A stretch of DNA of 64,000 bases. Origin: Gammaproteobacteria bacterium (GTDB lineage: Bacteria > Pseudomonadota > Gammaproteobacteria > Pseudomonadales > Moraxellaceae). Shown here piece after piece: positions 1-12,959 of the stretch; the stretch's first letter is position 1; every line of letters begins with the position of its first letter. The stretch covers positions 29,860 to 93,859 of the forward strand of contig JAGWUI010000010.1 of assembly GCA_028868515.1 (NCBI GenBank), in the 5' to 3' direction. The position numbers and the translations under genes were made by a program. A model generated the notes under the pieces. The model searched no databases. It was not told the origin of the DNA and saw only the letters and a list, made by a program, of their open reading frames with translations.

Positions 1-2228
1 CTAAATAAACGACCTAAATATGGTAGATCACCCAAGAAAGGTACTTTTGTTGTACTACTTGAGATATTGTTTTGGAAAATTCCACCAAGAACCAAAGTCT
101 GACCATCATTTACAAGAACGCTGGTCTGAATCCGATTCGTATTAATCGTTAACTGACCATTTGGTGCCGCAGTACCAGGACTATCCGCATTCACCAATAA
201 ATCCATTTGCACACGACCATCAGGTGTAATACTTGGCGTTACTTCCAAACTTAACTCTGCATTCACAAATGCTACAGAAGTTGCGCCACTTGAAGTCGAT
301 TGCTGATAAGGAATTTGTTGTCCTGCAGCCACACGAGCTTTTTGTTTATCTAAAGTTAATACTTTTGGCGTCGCAATAACCTCACCTTTTCCATCACCTT
401 GCAAAGCAGACAACGTCAAATCCAACTGAATATCTGACATACTCATAATACCCAGAGCAATACTACTCGCGCCTGTACCTGTTGCAGCCAAATCGACACT
501 CAGGTTATCTGGTCGAGTAATCGAATATGATGTTGCAGCTTGACCATTAATCGTTGTGTCTGATGGGTTTCTTAAATCAAATAATGTTGTTTCATGACCT
601 CCAACCAATAAATTTGGTTTACTTGCAATACCATGAGACAATATACCCCACTGCACACCCAATTCCTTACTAAATGTATCTGTTGCTTGTACGATCCGAG
701 CTTCAATCATAACTTGTTTCACTGGCACATCTAAACGAGCAACCAAATCTCGTACCCGATCTATAGACACCGCAGTATCTTGTACAATCAAAGTATTCGT
801 GCGTGCATCAATTGAAACAGTTCCACGAGGAGAAAGAAGACTACCTTGGTTCGCATCAGGATTAATAGAGGTGGTTGTTCCACCATTACCGCCATTGCGG
901 CCAGAAGTAATCAAAGTCAATACATCTGCAGCCTTTGCATAACTTAATTGAATATATTGTGTACTTAATGGTGCCAATTGTTCAACTTGCTGATTATTTC
1001 TAATCTCTAATTTCTCACGAGCCGCAATTTCTTCAGCTGGCGCAATCATAATGACATTACCAATCTGACGCTTATCTAAACCTTTAGACTTCATAATAAT
1101 ATCTAAGGCCTGATCCCAAGGAACATTTTGGAGTCGGATCGTAATTTTACCAGTAACACTATCGCTCGCAACCAAGTTTAGACCTGTAAAATCAGCAATC
1201 AACTGAAGTACGGAGCGAACTTCAATATCCTGAAAATTCAACGAAAGCTTTTGTCCCTTATAGTCTGGTGCTTTATTCACTTGAGTAGGTCGAGAGAGAA
1301 CCACAGGTTTCACGCTAATGGTCAGTTTATTATCTGCTTGATATGAAAGATAATCAAAATCACCTTGTGGTTGAATGACTAAGATACCGTTATTGCCTTC
1401 ATTATATGCATCTATTGTTTTCACAGGTGTAGAGAAATCGTTCACATCTAAACGACGACGTAAACTTTCAGGCAATTTAGTTCCCAAAAAGCGGACTATG
1501 ATTTTGCTACCTTGTTGCTGTACATCGACAGGAGAATTTGGGTTATTTAATGTCACAAGAACATTACCCTCTCCAGCACTACCACGACGAAAATCAACAC
1601 CCAAAATTGTGTTTGGGGTTTGATGGCTACCGGCTATCGTTGAAGTTTCCGAAACAGCATTAATCACATTTGCATTACTCATCGAAGCACCAACGCTAGA
1701 GCCTCCGACTTTCAACACTAGAATATTACCCTCAACTCGAGTTGAATAACCTGAAGCCTGATTAAGATTGATTACCAATCGAGTTCTTTCAGAGTTATCA
1801 ACAACAGCTAAACTACGAGCATTACCAGACCCAAGATCCTGATAGCGACTTGCCAAACTACTTTTAGCATGAGGCAAATCAACAACCAAACGTGCTGGCT
1901 TATCAAGCTGATACGCTTGCGGACTTGGAGGGGTTCCATCGAATGTTAAACGCAATTCGGTTTCATTATTCGCTAATGGAACACTACTAACTCCTGTTAA
2001 TGTGACCTGATCCGCCGCATAAGCTGGCACCACGATCGCACACACACCAATCAAAGCCAATTGTATTGATAAGCTACTAATTCTAGGTGCAATAGATTGA
2101 TTCAACAACGCCCCCGTCGTAGCAATAGCGCCACGGGATACTTTATTAGACTTTCTGACTTCCATGTGATTCACCCCTAGATCCAAACAGCTCGATAGCA
2201 TTCGACTCATCATATTGCTATTGTTCAT
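1..2228 (-). CDS. pilQ: Type IV pilus secretin PilQ (3' end/C-terminus runs off the window start)
   Basis: Minus-strand reading frame translates from the ATG at 2228 (MNNSNMMSRM...) through AMIN/N0-like and secretin-domain sequence with no stop inside the window. It sits directly downstream of pilP in the pilMNOPQ order. It is absent from the ORF track only because it is edge-truncated. Confidence 0.85.
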   Translation of the reverse strand, partial: MNNSNMMSRMLSSCLDLGVNHMEVRKSNKVSRGAIATTGALLNQSIAPRISSLSIQLALIGVCAIVVPAYAADQVTLTGVSSVPLANNETELRLTFDGTPPSPQAYQLDKPARLVVDLPHAKSSLASRYQDLGSGNARSLAVVDNSERTRLVINLNQASGYSTRVEGNILVLKVGGSSVGASMSNANVINAVSETSTIAGSHQTPNTILGVDFRRGSAGEGNVLVTLNNPNSPVDVQQQGSKIIVRFLGTKLPESLRRRLDVNDFSTPVKTIDAYNEGNNGILVIQPQGDFDYLSYQADNKLTISVKPVVLSRPTQVNKAPDYKGQKLSLNFQDIEVRSVLQLIADFTGLNLVASDSVTGKITIRLQNVPWDQALDIIMKSKGLDKRQIGNVIMIAPAEEIAAREKLEIRNNQQVEQLAPLSTQYIQLSYAKAADVLTLITSGRNGGNGGTTTSINPDANQGSLLSPRGTVSIDARTNTLIVQDTAVSIDRVRDLVARLDVPVKQVMIEARIVQATDTFSKELGVQWGILSHGIASKPNLLVGGHETTLFDLRNPSDTTINGQAATSYSITRPDNLSVDLAATGTGASSIALGIMSMSDIQLDLTLSALQGDGKGEVIATPKVLTLDKQKARVAAGQQIPYQQSTSSGATSVAFVNAELSLEVTPSITPDGRVQMDLLVNADSPGTAAPNGQLTINTNRIQTSVLVNDGQTLVLGGIFQNNISSSTTKVPFLGDLPYLGRLF

Positions 2229-2249
2229 CTTTGTTATCCTCAAAATTTA

Positions 2250-2843
2250 TTATGCGCCCGTATCAGCCATGATCAGACTACGCGGTCTCTCTACAAAGCC
2301 ATCCTTACCATCGGGGACAACTTCAACCACATTAATTTGCGTTGGGGTAATACCTACAATGCGTCCATAATTCTTTCCAATATAATTTCCGACCTGAACG
2401 CGCATTACACCACCATTAGGATCCTCAATAAGAGCAAATAAAGGTCCCTTCAAATCATGCAAAGTTCCACGCATATGCAAACTTTCTATTGGAAACTGCT
2501 CCAAGAACTGTGGAGGCCGACTTAAATCAGGCATCACATGTTTACCAGCCATTACCTTCAACTCTTCAGCCAGACTTGATGGTAAAAATGGGCTCCGCAA
2601 TCCTTGCGCAGCATACGTGAATGTTGGAACTGGCAAGAACACAGGGGCAGGAGGAATAGGTAACGTAGGCTCATCATGTATCTTTTTCATTTCCGCCACA
2701 GCATTATCAACGCGCGAACTACAACCACCTAAAAGACAACTACCTATTAACGTAAAACCCACTGCAACTTTAAGGCAACTTGAATACTGCACTCGATTAG
2801 AGTAATGCTCTTTATTTGGCAAAAACATTTGCTTCAAACTCAT
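2250..2843 (-). CDS. pilP: Type IV pilus assembly lipoprotein PilP
   Basis: 197 aa with a lipobox (LLGGCSS) and position in the pilMNOP gene order. It overlaps pilO by 4 nt. Confidence 0.8.
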   Translation of the reverse strand: MSLKQMFLPNKEHYSNRVQYSSCLKVAVGFTLIGSCLLGGCSSRVDNAVAEMKKIHDEPTLPIPPAPVFLPVPTFTYAAQGLRSPFLPSSLAEELKVMAGKHVMPDLSRPPQFLEQFPIESLHMRGTLHDLKGPLFALIEDPNGGVMRVQVGNYIGKNYGRIVGITPTQINVVEVVPDGKDGFVERPRSLIMADTGA

Positions 2844-3540
2844 GATGCACTCCCTTTCGATGTAGCAGTACCTTTTGATTTACTCTTATTTTTGTCAGCA
2901 CCATCATTATAACGGTAAGTTTTAGCACTAACAGTCAAACTAAGCACAGGAACTTCTGACTTAGATTTACCATTTGCAATCGGCTCAATTGTAAAATCAT
3001 CAACAGTAACAATACGAGGTAATGCAGCCAAAGCACTCGTAAACGCTCCAAACGCATGATAATCGCCGCGACCTTTAATCTGGAGAGGCAACTCCACAAA
3101 AAAATCTTTTGTAGCCTCTTTATTAACATCAATTTTATCAAACTGCAAACCACTTCCCACACCCGTATAGTTAATATCCTCAACCAACCCAGGTATTTCT
3201 GTCACTTTTGGCAACTGCTGCAACAATTGTCCAAAAGTCGACTCCATTTGCTCAATTTGTTTTTGATATTGCTGTAAATTTCTCAACTTAGAATCTTTAT
3301 CACGATAATCATTTAACAAACTCTGTTCCTGCGCTTCCGCAGATGCAATTTGCTCACGAACAGGAGCCACCAGAAAAAAATATGCCAAAACAAGAACTAC
3401 CGCAAAAACAAATACATAAATTGTCATCTTAACTGGAATAGGCCAATTCCCCATATTCTGAGGATCAAGCGATTTAAAACTATTATTAAAATCTTCCAAT
3501 GAAAATTTTACTTTACTTTTAGAGACGATATTTTCTGTAC

Positions 3541-3544
<4 letters not shown>
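2840..3544 (-). CDS. pilO: Type IV pilus assembly protein PilO
   Basis: 234 aa with a single N-terminal TM segment and a coiled-coil. Operon position between pilN and pilP, with translationally coupled overlaps. Confidence 0.8.
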
Positions 3545-5293
<1,749 letters not shown>

Positions 5294-5617
5294 TCAGCAA
5301 TTCACCTAACAACCTAAAAGCAACACCAATAACTTATATTACAAACTCATAATCTAAAAAACACGACCTAATGTCTAATCCTAAACATTCCTGCGTCTAA
5401 TTTACCTTACAAATACAAGCCTGCACAATAATAAAAGGTTCACCACATCTAGTTACAAATTCACCATGACTAGTGATACCACGCCTTTTATAGCAATACA
5501 AGATCTTTACAGAAATAATTCCTATTAAGAGTTAAATAAAAGCAATAAGATGCCAACCAAGTCCGTTGTAGGTATACTACGTCGCAACGAAGAGACTGGT
5601 ATTAAAACGCACTTGTC

Positions 5618-8275
5618 ATGAAAAAGCTATCTTGCATGGGACGAATTCACCCACTTTTTGCACTCTTACTTGTGCTCATCATGTCGCTTCCTATTGGTTT
5701 TTATGGATTATATCTATTTATTGCGCCAAGTCTTCCTGATATTGCTGAGCTAAAAACAGCACCAGCCGCTATACCTCTACAAGTTTACTCCAAAGATAAT
5801 AAACTCATCGGCGAGTTTGGTGAAAAAATTTCACATCCCGTGACTTATGCTGAAATTCCTCCTTTAATGGTTGATTCATTCTTGGCTGCCGAAGACTCCT
5901 CATTCTTTACCCATAATGGAGTAAGTTTAAAAGGCTTAGGACGAGCTGTGACTGAAGCACTTCAAAGCGGGAGTTCTCAAACTGGTGGTTCGACCATCAC
6001 AATGCAAGTTGCAAAAAACTACTATCTCACTCCAGAGCGGACTTTAAAACGCAAACTAACTGAAATATTTTTAGCAAGAAAAATCGAGCAAAATCTCAAT
6101 AAACAAGAAATTTTTACTCTGTATGTCAATAAAATCTTTCTAGGGCAACATGCTTACGGGATTGCTGCGGCTGCAAAAGTATATTACCAAAAACCTCTCA
6201 AAGATCTGACCATTGCAGAAATGGCAATGATCGCTGGTTTGCCAAAAGCACCAACAAAATACAACCCTGTGAACGATCCAGAACGAGCAATAGAACGCCG
6301 TAACTGGATTATTGGTCGAATGCTGCAATTAGGTTTTATTACCAAAGATCAATATAAACAGAACATCAATGCCCCTTTAGGACTACACTACAGCTATAGT
6401 ACAAAACGTTTAGATGTAGATATGCCGTACGTATCAGAAATGGTACGCAGTGCCATGGTTGAAGAGTTCGGTGAAGACGTATTGAATTCTGGTTATCGCG
6501 TCTACACAACGATCTCCTCTGATCGCCAACAAATGGCTGTTGATGCTGTACACAAAGGTTTAGAAGCATATGATCATCGACATGGTTGGCGCGGTGCAGA
6601 ATCAACCACAAAGCCTTTGGCAAATTTCTATGTCATTAACAACTTATGGCCAGCTCAAGTTACAAAAGTCTCTGATCACAGCTTTGAGGCAACATTCGCA
6701 AATGGTTTAACTACTACCGTGCCTTGGAGTGGCATGTCATGGGCAAGGCGCTACCATTCAACTGATTATGTCGGCCCACCACCAAAAAACGCTGCAGAAA
6801 TTGTTAACGTCAACGATATTATTCGCTTACGCCCCGACTTAACGGAAGATAAAGTCCAGGAAATTATTTCTTCCCAGGATACTACCCTCACATCAAAGCA
6901 TGAGGGGAATGAAAATACACAACCAGCTGCTAAAACCAACCGCTCAAAAGCTGCTTGGAATCGTATTAATTGGACACTCGATCAAATACCCGCGGCTGAA
7001 GCACAATTGGTTTCTCTCGATCCCAATGATGGCGCAATTCAGGCAGTTGTAGGAGGCTACGATTTTTCTAGAAGTAATTTTAATCGCAGCATGCAAGGCT
7101 GGAGACAACCTGGATCAAATATAAAACCTTTTATTTATTCACTCGCATTAGAACGAGGCTTTACACCTTTAAGTGTTGTCAGTGACTCACCTATCCAGAT
7201 TGGAAAATGGCGTCCACAAGATTCTGATGGTAAATTCATGGGACCCATTACACTCCGTCGAGCACTCTATTTATCCCGAAATATGGTTTCTATTCGATTA
7301 CTCCAAGCTGTAGGAGTTAATCGGGCAATTGAACACCTCAATCATTTCGGACTCATGAAAGACAAACTGCCTAAAGATCTCGCGCTTGCACTCGGTGCTG
7401 CACAAGTCTTGCCGATTCAATTAGCAACTGGATATGCAGCTTTTGCAAACGGAGGCTATCGGATTCAGCCTTACTTTATACAACGTATTGAAAACTATAA
7501 AGGTGATGTTTTATTTACAGCTAACCCTGTTCGTGTATGTCATGAATGTGATACCCAAACCGATGCAAACCAGACAGAAAATAGTACAGATACGAACGTC
7601 ACTCAAATAACAACCAATCCTGATGGCAGCATTAATGCAACACCAGCAACACCAGCAACACCAGCAACACCAGCAACACCAGCAACAGATTACCCCAAGG
7701 CTCAACGTATTTTAACGCCTAAAACAGCATCTGATATGGCAAGTATTTTACGTGACGTAATTGCACACGGTACAGGCTATGCTGCGATGCAATTAGGCCG
7801 TCATGACTTAGGTGGTAAGACTGGAACAACAAACGATGCTAAAGATGCTTGGTTCTCTGGTTTTAATCCTAATCTAGTTGCTGTTGCATGGGTTGGCTTT
7901 GATCAACCCAGAACTTTGGGACGTAAAGAGTTTGGTGGTGTAGCTGCTCTCCCAATTTGGAGTGAATATATGGCACATGCTTTGGCCAATACACCGGATC
8001 AAATCATACAGCCAATTGGCACGAAACCAACACAATCACCACATCAACCAAAAGCAAAATCCATCGAATCCGATGCGACTACATCTACGACAACGCCTAC
8101 ACCCGCAACAACATCCTCATCCACAACAACACCTGCGCCCGCAGCTAAAGCGCCACCACAAAACGCTTTAGACAGCACTCCTGTGCCTGCGCACAAAACA
8201 AAACCCTCAATCAAACCGAAGACACAAGCAAGTACACCCATTAGCCCCAGCACCCCGCTTGAGTCTCCATTTTAA
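5618..8275 (+). CDS. ponA: Penicillin-binding protein 1A (bifunctional glycosyltransferase/transpeptidase) with an in-frame PAT x5 repeat and a Thr/Pro/Ser-rich C-terminal tail
   Basis: 885 aa. GT51 motifs (EDSSFFTHNGV, GGSTITMQVAKN, RKLTEIFLARKIEQ), transpeptidase SxxK (SNIKPF), SxN and KTG(T) motifs. Divergent from pilM. Confidence 0.9.
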   Translation: MKKLSCMGRIHPLFALLLVLIMSLPIGFYGLYLFIAPSLPDIAELKTAPAAIPLQVYSKDNKLIGEFGEKISHPVTYAEIPPLMVDSFLAAEDSSFFTHNGVSLKGLGRAVTEALQSGSSQTGGSTITMQVAKNYYLTPERTLKRKLTEIFLARKIEQNLNKQEIFTLYVNKIFLGQHAYGIAAAAKVYYQKPLKDLTIAEMAMIAGLPKAPTKYNPVNDPERAIERRNWIIGRMLQLGFITKDQYKQNINAPLGLHYSYSTKRLDVDMPYVSEMVRSAMVEEFGEDVLNSGYRVYTTISSDRQQMAVDAVHKGLEAYDHRHGWRGAESTTKPLANFYVINNLWPAQVTKVSDHSFEATFANGLTTTVPWSGMSWARRYHSTDYVGPPPKNAAEIVNVNDIIRLRPDLTEDKVQEIISSQDTTLTSKHEGNENTQPAAKTNRSKAAWNRINWTLDQIPAAEAQLVSLDPNDGAIQAVVGGYDFSRSNFNRSMQGWRQPGSNIKPFIYSLALERGFTPLSVVSDSPIQIGKWRPQDSDGKFMGPITLRRALYLSRNMVSIRLLQAVGVNRAIEHLNHFGLMKDKLPKDLALALGAAQVLPIQLATGYAAFANGGYRIQPYFIQRIENYKGDVLFTANPVRVCHECDTQTDANQTENSTDTNVTQITTNPDGSINATPATPATPATPATPATDYPKAQRILTPKTASDMASILRDVIAHGTGYAAMQLGRHDLGGKTGTTNDAKDAWFSGFNPNLVAVAWVGFDQPRTLGRKEFGGVAALPIWSEYMAHALANTPDQIIQPIGTKPTQSPHQPKAKSIESDATTSTTTPTPATTSSSTTTPAPAAKAPPQNALDSTPVPAHKTKPSIKPKTQASTPISPSTPLESPF

Positions 8276-8276
8276 G

Positions 8277-8309
8277 AAAAAGAGCGCAAACTATATGCGC
8301 TCTTTTTCA
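8277..8309. terminator. Bidirectional rho-independent terminator after ponA
   Basis: Hairpin AGAGCGCA-aactata-TGCGCTCT flanked by an A-run and a T-run, starting 2 nt after the ponA stop (8273-8275). Confidence 0.7.
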
Positions 8310-8503
8310 TTAAAAATCAAACATCAAACTCTACTCACAATAAAGTATTGCACTCTAAGCTAATTAAATTAAGACGAATAGCATTACCTTATTTAGTTTA
8401 AGACCCTAATTATTTATTGATGATCTAATTCATTTAACTTTTCGTTTTAATTTGAATCACCGAATAGATATCAACTTATTTTTCAGAGCGGGACACTAGC
8501 AAT

Positions 8504-8531
8504 AAAAAAGGAGGCTTAAGCCTCCTTTTTT
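8504..8531. terminator. Bidirectional rho-independent terminator after rpoC
   Basis: Perfect palindrome AAGGAGGCTT|AAGCCTCCTT flanked by an A-run and a T-run, about 30 nt beyond the rpoC stop. Confidence 0.7.
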
Positions 8532-8557
8532 ATCTCAAAACAAGCTATCGCTAGAAC

Positions 8558-11500
8558 TTACTCTTCATTTAGAGCTTGGCTAAACGCCTGATCTACTTCA
8601 GAGAAGTCTGTCGCAATCGTTGACAATTCTGCTTCAGCATCAATTGCATCTTGTTGACGACGCGCTAAGTGATAAGCCAAACCAGTACCCGCTGGAATCA
8701 AACGCCCAACCACAACGTTTTCTTTCAGACCGCGTAATTGGTCTTCCTTGCCTGTTACTGCTGCTTCAGTCAATACGCGTGTCGTTTCTTGGAACGATGC
8801 CGCAGAGATGAATGAATCTGTAGACAAGGATGCTTTAGTAATACCCATGAGGATACGTTCAAAACGTGCAGGGAACTTACCTTGGGCAAGTAATGCTTCA
8901 TTTTCTTCAGTTACGCGAGCATATTCCGCTTGCTCGCCTTTAATGAATGAAGAATCACCACCTTCAATAATATCCACTTTACGTAGCATCTGACGAATAA
9001 TCACTTCGATATGCTTATCGTTGATCTTAACGCCTTGTAAGCGATAAACATCCTGCACTTCATTGACAATGTAAGTTGCCAATTGCTCTTCGCCTTTTAG
9101 ACGCAGAATATCATGTGGATTTTGCGGGCCATCACTGATGACTTCGCCTTTTTCTACATGCTCGCCTTCAAACACGTTGATTTGACGCCATTTAGGAATC
9201 AACTCTTCATGCACTTCGCTACCATCTTCTGGAGTGATGAGCAGACGATTCTTACCTTTGGTTTCTTTACCAAACGTAATCACACCGCTGACTTCTGCCA
9301 GAATTGCAAACTCTTTCGGCTTACGCGCTTCAAACAAGTCAGCTACACGCGGTAGACCACCGGTAATATCGCGTGTACGTGAAGACTCTTGTGGTACACG
9401 ACCAATCACATCACCGACACCAATCACATCACCATCACGTACTGTCAGAACAGTTTGTGAAGGCAAGAAATACTGGATCTGTTGATCAGTACCTTCAACC
9501 ATAAGCGGCTTGTCATTTGCATCATAGAGCGCGACCGAAGGACGTAACTCTTTGCCTGATGCTGGACGATCCTTTGCTTGCAGGATTTCGATAGACGACA
9601 TCCCTGTTGCATCTTCAGTTTTAGTCGCAGCAGTCAAACCTTCGGTAATTTGAACAAACTTCACTTTACCTGCAACTTCGGTGATCAGCGGATGTGTATG
9701 CGGATCCCAGTTCACAATGATTTGACCTGCTTCTACTGCCTGACCATCCTGTACGCTGATTGACGCACCGTATGGCAAGCGATAGCGCTCACGTTCACGA
9801 CCGATATCATCCGCAACACCAATTTCCGCAGAACGTGATACAGCAACCAAGTGACCTTTATGGTGCTGTACAGTTTTGATGTTATGGAAACGAATTGTAC
9901 CTTTGTTACGAACTTGAATACTGCTGACCGCAGATGCTCGGCTCGCCGCACCACCCACGTGGAACGTACGCATAGTGAGCTGAGTACCAGGCTCACCAAT
10001 TGACTGAGCAGCCATAACACCAACAGACTCACCCGCATTGACCAAATGACCACGAGCAAGATCACGACCATAACATTTTGCACAAACGCCGAAACGAGTA
10101 CGGCAACTGATGACAGAACGAGTTTTGACTTCGTCGACACCCGCAATCTCTAAACGCTCAACCCATTTTTCATCCAGCAAAGTACCAGCTGGTGCAAGTA
10201 CCGCATCACTTCCAGGGGTTAACAGATCAACCGCAACGACACGACCGAGTACACGATCACGCAATGGTTCGATCACATCACCACCTTGAATTAACGGCGT
10301 AATATACAAACCATCATCAGTACCACAATCTGGCTCAGTAATGACCAAATCTTGTGCAACGTCAACCAAACGACGAGTCAAATAACCAGAGTTCGCAGTT
10401 TTCAACGCCGTATCCGCCAAACCTTTACGCGCACCGTGTGTCGAAATAAAGTACTGGAGAACGGTCAAACCTTCACGGAAGTTCGCCTTAATTGGCGTTT
10501 CGATGATTTCACCCGATGGTTTCGCCATCAGACCGCGCATACCCGCCAACTGACGAATCTGAGCTGCCGATCCGCGCGCACCAGAATCCGACATGATGTA
10601 AATCGAGTTGAAAGATTTTTGACGCTCTTCCTCACCCTTTTTATTGATCACGGCTTCTGTCGAAAGGTTGTCCATCATCGCCTTCGCGACTTGTTCGTTG
10701 GTACGCGACCAGATATCGACAACCTTGTTATAACGTTCACCCGCAGTCACAAAACCTTGTTCAAATTGATTTTCAATTTCACGAACTTCGGTATCCGCTT
10801 TGCTGATAATTTCTTCTTTGTTTGGTGGAATCAACATGTCTTCCATACCAACAGATACGCCTGAGTGAGTTGCTTGCGCAAATCCAAGGTACATCAACTG
10901 ATCGGCAAACAAGACAGTCGCTTTCAGACCCAACGTACGGTAAACCGAGTTAATCAGTTTAGAGACGTTTTTCTTCGTCATAACTTGGTTGACTTGGTCA
11001 AAGGTCATGCCTTTAGGCAGAATCTTCCACAGCAAGCAGCGACCTGGTGTGGTATCAACCAAGAACGTTGTGGTGATTTCTTCACCATCAGCACCAAACA
11101 CGGTTTGATTAACACGTACTTTGATACGGCTATGTACGGTCACATGTTTAGTTGCCAACGCACGATCAACTTCTTGCGTATCCGCAAACACCATGCCTTC
11201 GCCTGGTGCATTGATTGTGTCACGGCTAATGTAATACAGACCCAAAACAACGTCTTGTGACGGTACGATGATTGGCTCACCGTTCGCTGGAGACAAGATA
11301 TTGTTGGTTGACATCATGAGCGCGCGCGCTTCAAGCTGGGCTTCAAGCGTCAATGGGACGTGAACCGCCATTTGGTCACCGTCGAAGTCGGCGTTGAACG
11401 CAGTACAAACGAGCGGATGTAACTGAATCGCTTTACCTTCAATTAAAGTCGGTTCAAACGCTTGCAGACCCAAACGGTGAAGTGTTGGCGCGCGGTTCAA

Positions 11501-12778
11501 CATGACTGGATGTTCACGAATCACATGTGCGAGAACGTCCCAGACTTCTGGGGTTTCACGCTCAACCATTTTCTTCGCAGCTTTAATGGTTGTTGCCATG
11601 CCTGAAGATTGCAGTTTCGAAAAAATGAATGGCTTGAATAATTCAAGTGCCATTTTCTTCGGCAAACCACACTGATGCAGACGCAAGGTTGGACCAACCA
11701 CGATCACCGAACGACCAGAATAGTCAACACGCTTACCAAGCAAGTTCTGACGGAAACGACCTTGTTTACCTTTGATCATGTCTGCCAAAGATTTCAATGG
11801 ACGCTTGTTGCTGCCAGTAATTGCACGACCACGACGACCGTTATCGAGCAATGCATCAACCGCTTCTTGCAACATACGTTTTTCGTTACGTACGATAATG
11901 TCTGGTGCTGACAGTTCAAGCAAACGCTTCAAACGGTTGTTACGGTTAATGACGCGACGATACAAATCGTTCAAGTCAGAAGTCGCAAAACGACCGCCTT
12001 CGAGTGGAACCAATGGACGCAAATCTGGTGGCAAGACTGGCAGAATGGTCATAACCATCCATTCAGGCTTGTTGTTTGAATCACGGAAGGCTTCCATCAG
12101 CTTCAAGCGTTTAGAAGATTTTTTCAGCTTAGTTTCTGAAGTTGTATTTGGAATTTCTTCACGCAAACGCACAATTTCATTTTCTAAATCGATATCGCGC
12201 AACAGATCCTGAATCGCTTCAGCACCCATTTTTGCTGTGAATTCATCACCGTGTTCTTCTAACGCATTGAAATATTCTTCATCGCCAAGCAATTGGAATT
12301 TTTCAAACGGTGTCATGCCTGGATCAGTCACAACATAGCTTTCAAAATAGAGAACACGTTCGATATCACGCAAAGTCATATCGAGCAACAAACCAATACG
12401 GCTTGGGAGTGATTTCAAGAACCAGATATGCGCAACTGGTGATGCGAGGTCGATATGACCCATGCGCTCACGACGAACTTTTGCAGTCGTTACTTCAACG
12501 CCACATTTTTCGCAAATCACGCCTTTGTATTTCATGCGCTTGTATTTACCGCACAAGCATTCGTAATCTTTGATTGGTCCAAAGATTTTTGCGCAGAACA
12601 AACCATCACGTTCTGGTTTAAACGTACGATAGTTAATGGTTTCTGGCTTTTTCACTTCACCGTGTGACCATGACTTAATCATTTCTGGGGAAGCAAGACC
12701 AATGCGAATACGGTCAAAGTGCGCTGACACTTCGTCCGAACCCGGTTTTTTACGCATAATATCGAGTAAATCTTTCAA
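8558..12778 (-). CDS. rpoC: DNA-directed RNA polymerase subunit beta'
   Basis: 1406 aa. N-terminus MKDLL...[18 protein letters not shown]...CLCGKYKR (zinc finger), NADFDGDQM catalytic motif. Follows rpoB. Confidence 0.97.
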   Translation of the reverse strand: MKDLLDIMRKKPGSDEVSAHFDRIRIGLASPEMIKSWSHGEVKKPETINYRTFKPERDGLFCAKIFGPIKDYECLCGKYKRMKYKGVICEKCGVEVTTAKVRRERMGHIDLASPVAHIWFLKSLPSRIGLLLDMTLRDIERVLYFESYVVTDPGMTPFEKFQLLGDEEYFNALEEHGDEFTAKMGAEAIQDLLRDIDLENEIVRLREEIPNTTSETKLKKSSKRLKLMEAFRDSNNKPEWMVMTILPVLPPDLRPLVPLEGGRFATSDLNDLYRRVINRNNRLKRLLELSAPDIIVRNEKRMLQEAVDALLDNGRRGRAITGSNKRPLKSLADMIKGKQGRFRQNLLGKRVDYSGRSVIVVGPTLRLHQCGLPKKMALELFKPFIFSKLQSSGMATTIKAAKKMVERETPEVWDVLAHVIREHPVMLNRAPTLHRLGLQAFEPTLIEGKAIQLHPLVCTAFNADFDGDQMAVHVPLTLEAQLEARALMMSTNNILSPANGEPIIVPSQDVVLGLYYISRDTINAPGEGMVFADTQEVDRALATKHVTVHSRIKVRVNQTVFGADGEEITTTFLVDTTPGRCLLWKILPKGMTFDQVNQVMTKKNVSKLINSVYRTLGLKATVLFADQLMYLGFAQATHSGVSVGMEDMLIPPNKEEIISKADTEVREIENQFEQGFVTAGERYNKVVDIWSRTNEQVAKAMMDNLSTEAVINKKGEEERQKSFNSIYIMSDSGARGSAAQIRQLAGMRGLMAKPSGEIIETPIKANFREGLTVLQYFISTHGARKGLADTALKTANSGYLTRRLVDVAQDLVITEPDCGTDDGLYITPLIQGGDVIEPLRDRVLGRVVAVDLLTPGSDAVLAPAGTLLDEKWVERLEIAGVDEVKTRSVISCRTRFGVCAKCYGRDLARGHLVNAGESVGVMAAQSIGEPGTQLTMRTFHVGGAASRASAVSSIQVRNKGTIRFHNIKTVQHHKGHLVAVSRSAEIGVADDIGRERERYRLPYGASISVQDGQAVEAGQIIVNWDPHTHPLITEVAGKVKFVQITEGLTAATKTEDATGMSSIEILQAKDRPASGKELRPSVALYDANDKPLMVEGTDQQIQYFLPSQTVLTVRDGDVIGVGDVIGRVPQESSRTRDITGGLPRVADLFEARKPKEFAILAEVSGVITFGKETKGKNRLLITPEDGSEVHEELIPKWRQINVFEGEHVEKGEVISDGPQNPHDILRLKGEEQLATYIVNEVQDVYRLQGVKINDKHIEVIIRQMLRKVDIIEGGDSSFIKGEQAEYARVTEENEALLAQGKFPARFERILMGITKASLSTDSFISAASFQETTRVLTEAAVTGKEDQLRGLKENVVVGRLIPAGTGLAYHLARRQQDAIDAEAELSTIATDFSEVDQAFSQALNEE

Positions 12779-12917
12779 GTCATTTCTCCATGGTCCGAGG
12801 TATGTTCACTCGGAAGGGGTCGCTTTTGTCAAATGCGCTTAGTTTGTCAGTCATCACAACAACACAAACTTTGCGAAAAATTCACGTTTTTTCATTCAAA
12901 TCATTGATTTTAATGTT

Positions 12918-12947
12918 CGTAGATCGACAACAAAACATCGATCTACG
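12918..12947 (-). promoter_or_regulatory. rpoB-rpoC intergenic stem-loop (candidate RNase III processing/attenuation hairpin)
   Basis: Perfect 10-bp inverted repeat CGTAGATCGA-(10 nt)-TCGATCTACG, 13 nt downstream of the rpoB stop in a 181-nt intergenic spacer. Confidence 0.45.
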
Positions 12948-12959
12948 ACCTCAAAACGC

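Noticed and set aside
7511-7705. 64-aa minus-strand ORF translating as CCWCCWCCWCC
   Set aside because: Antisense image of the (GCAACACCA)5 repeat inside ponA.
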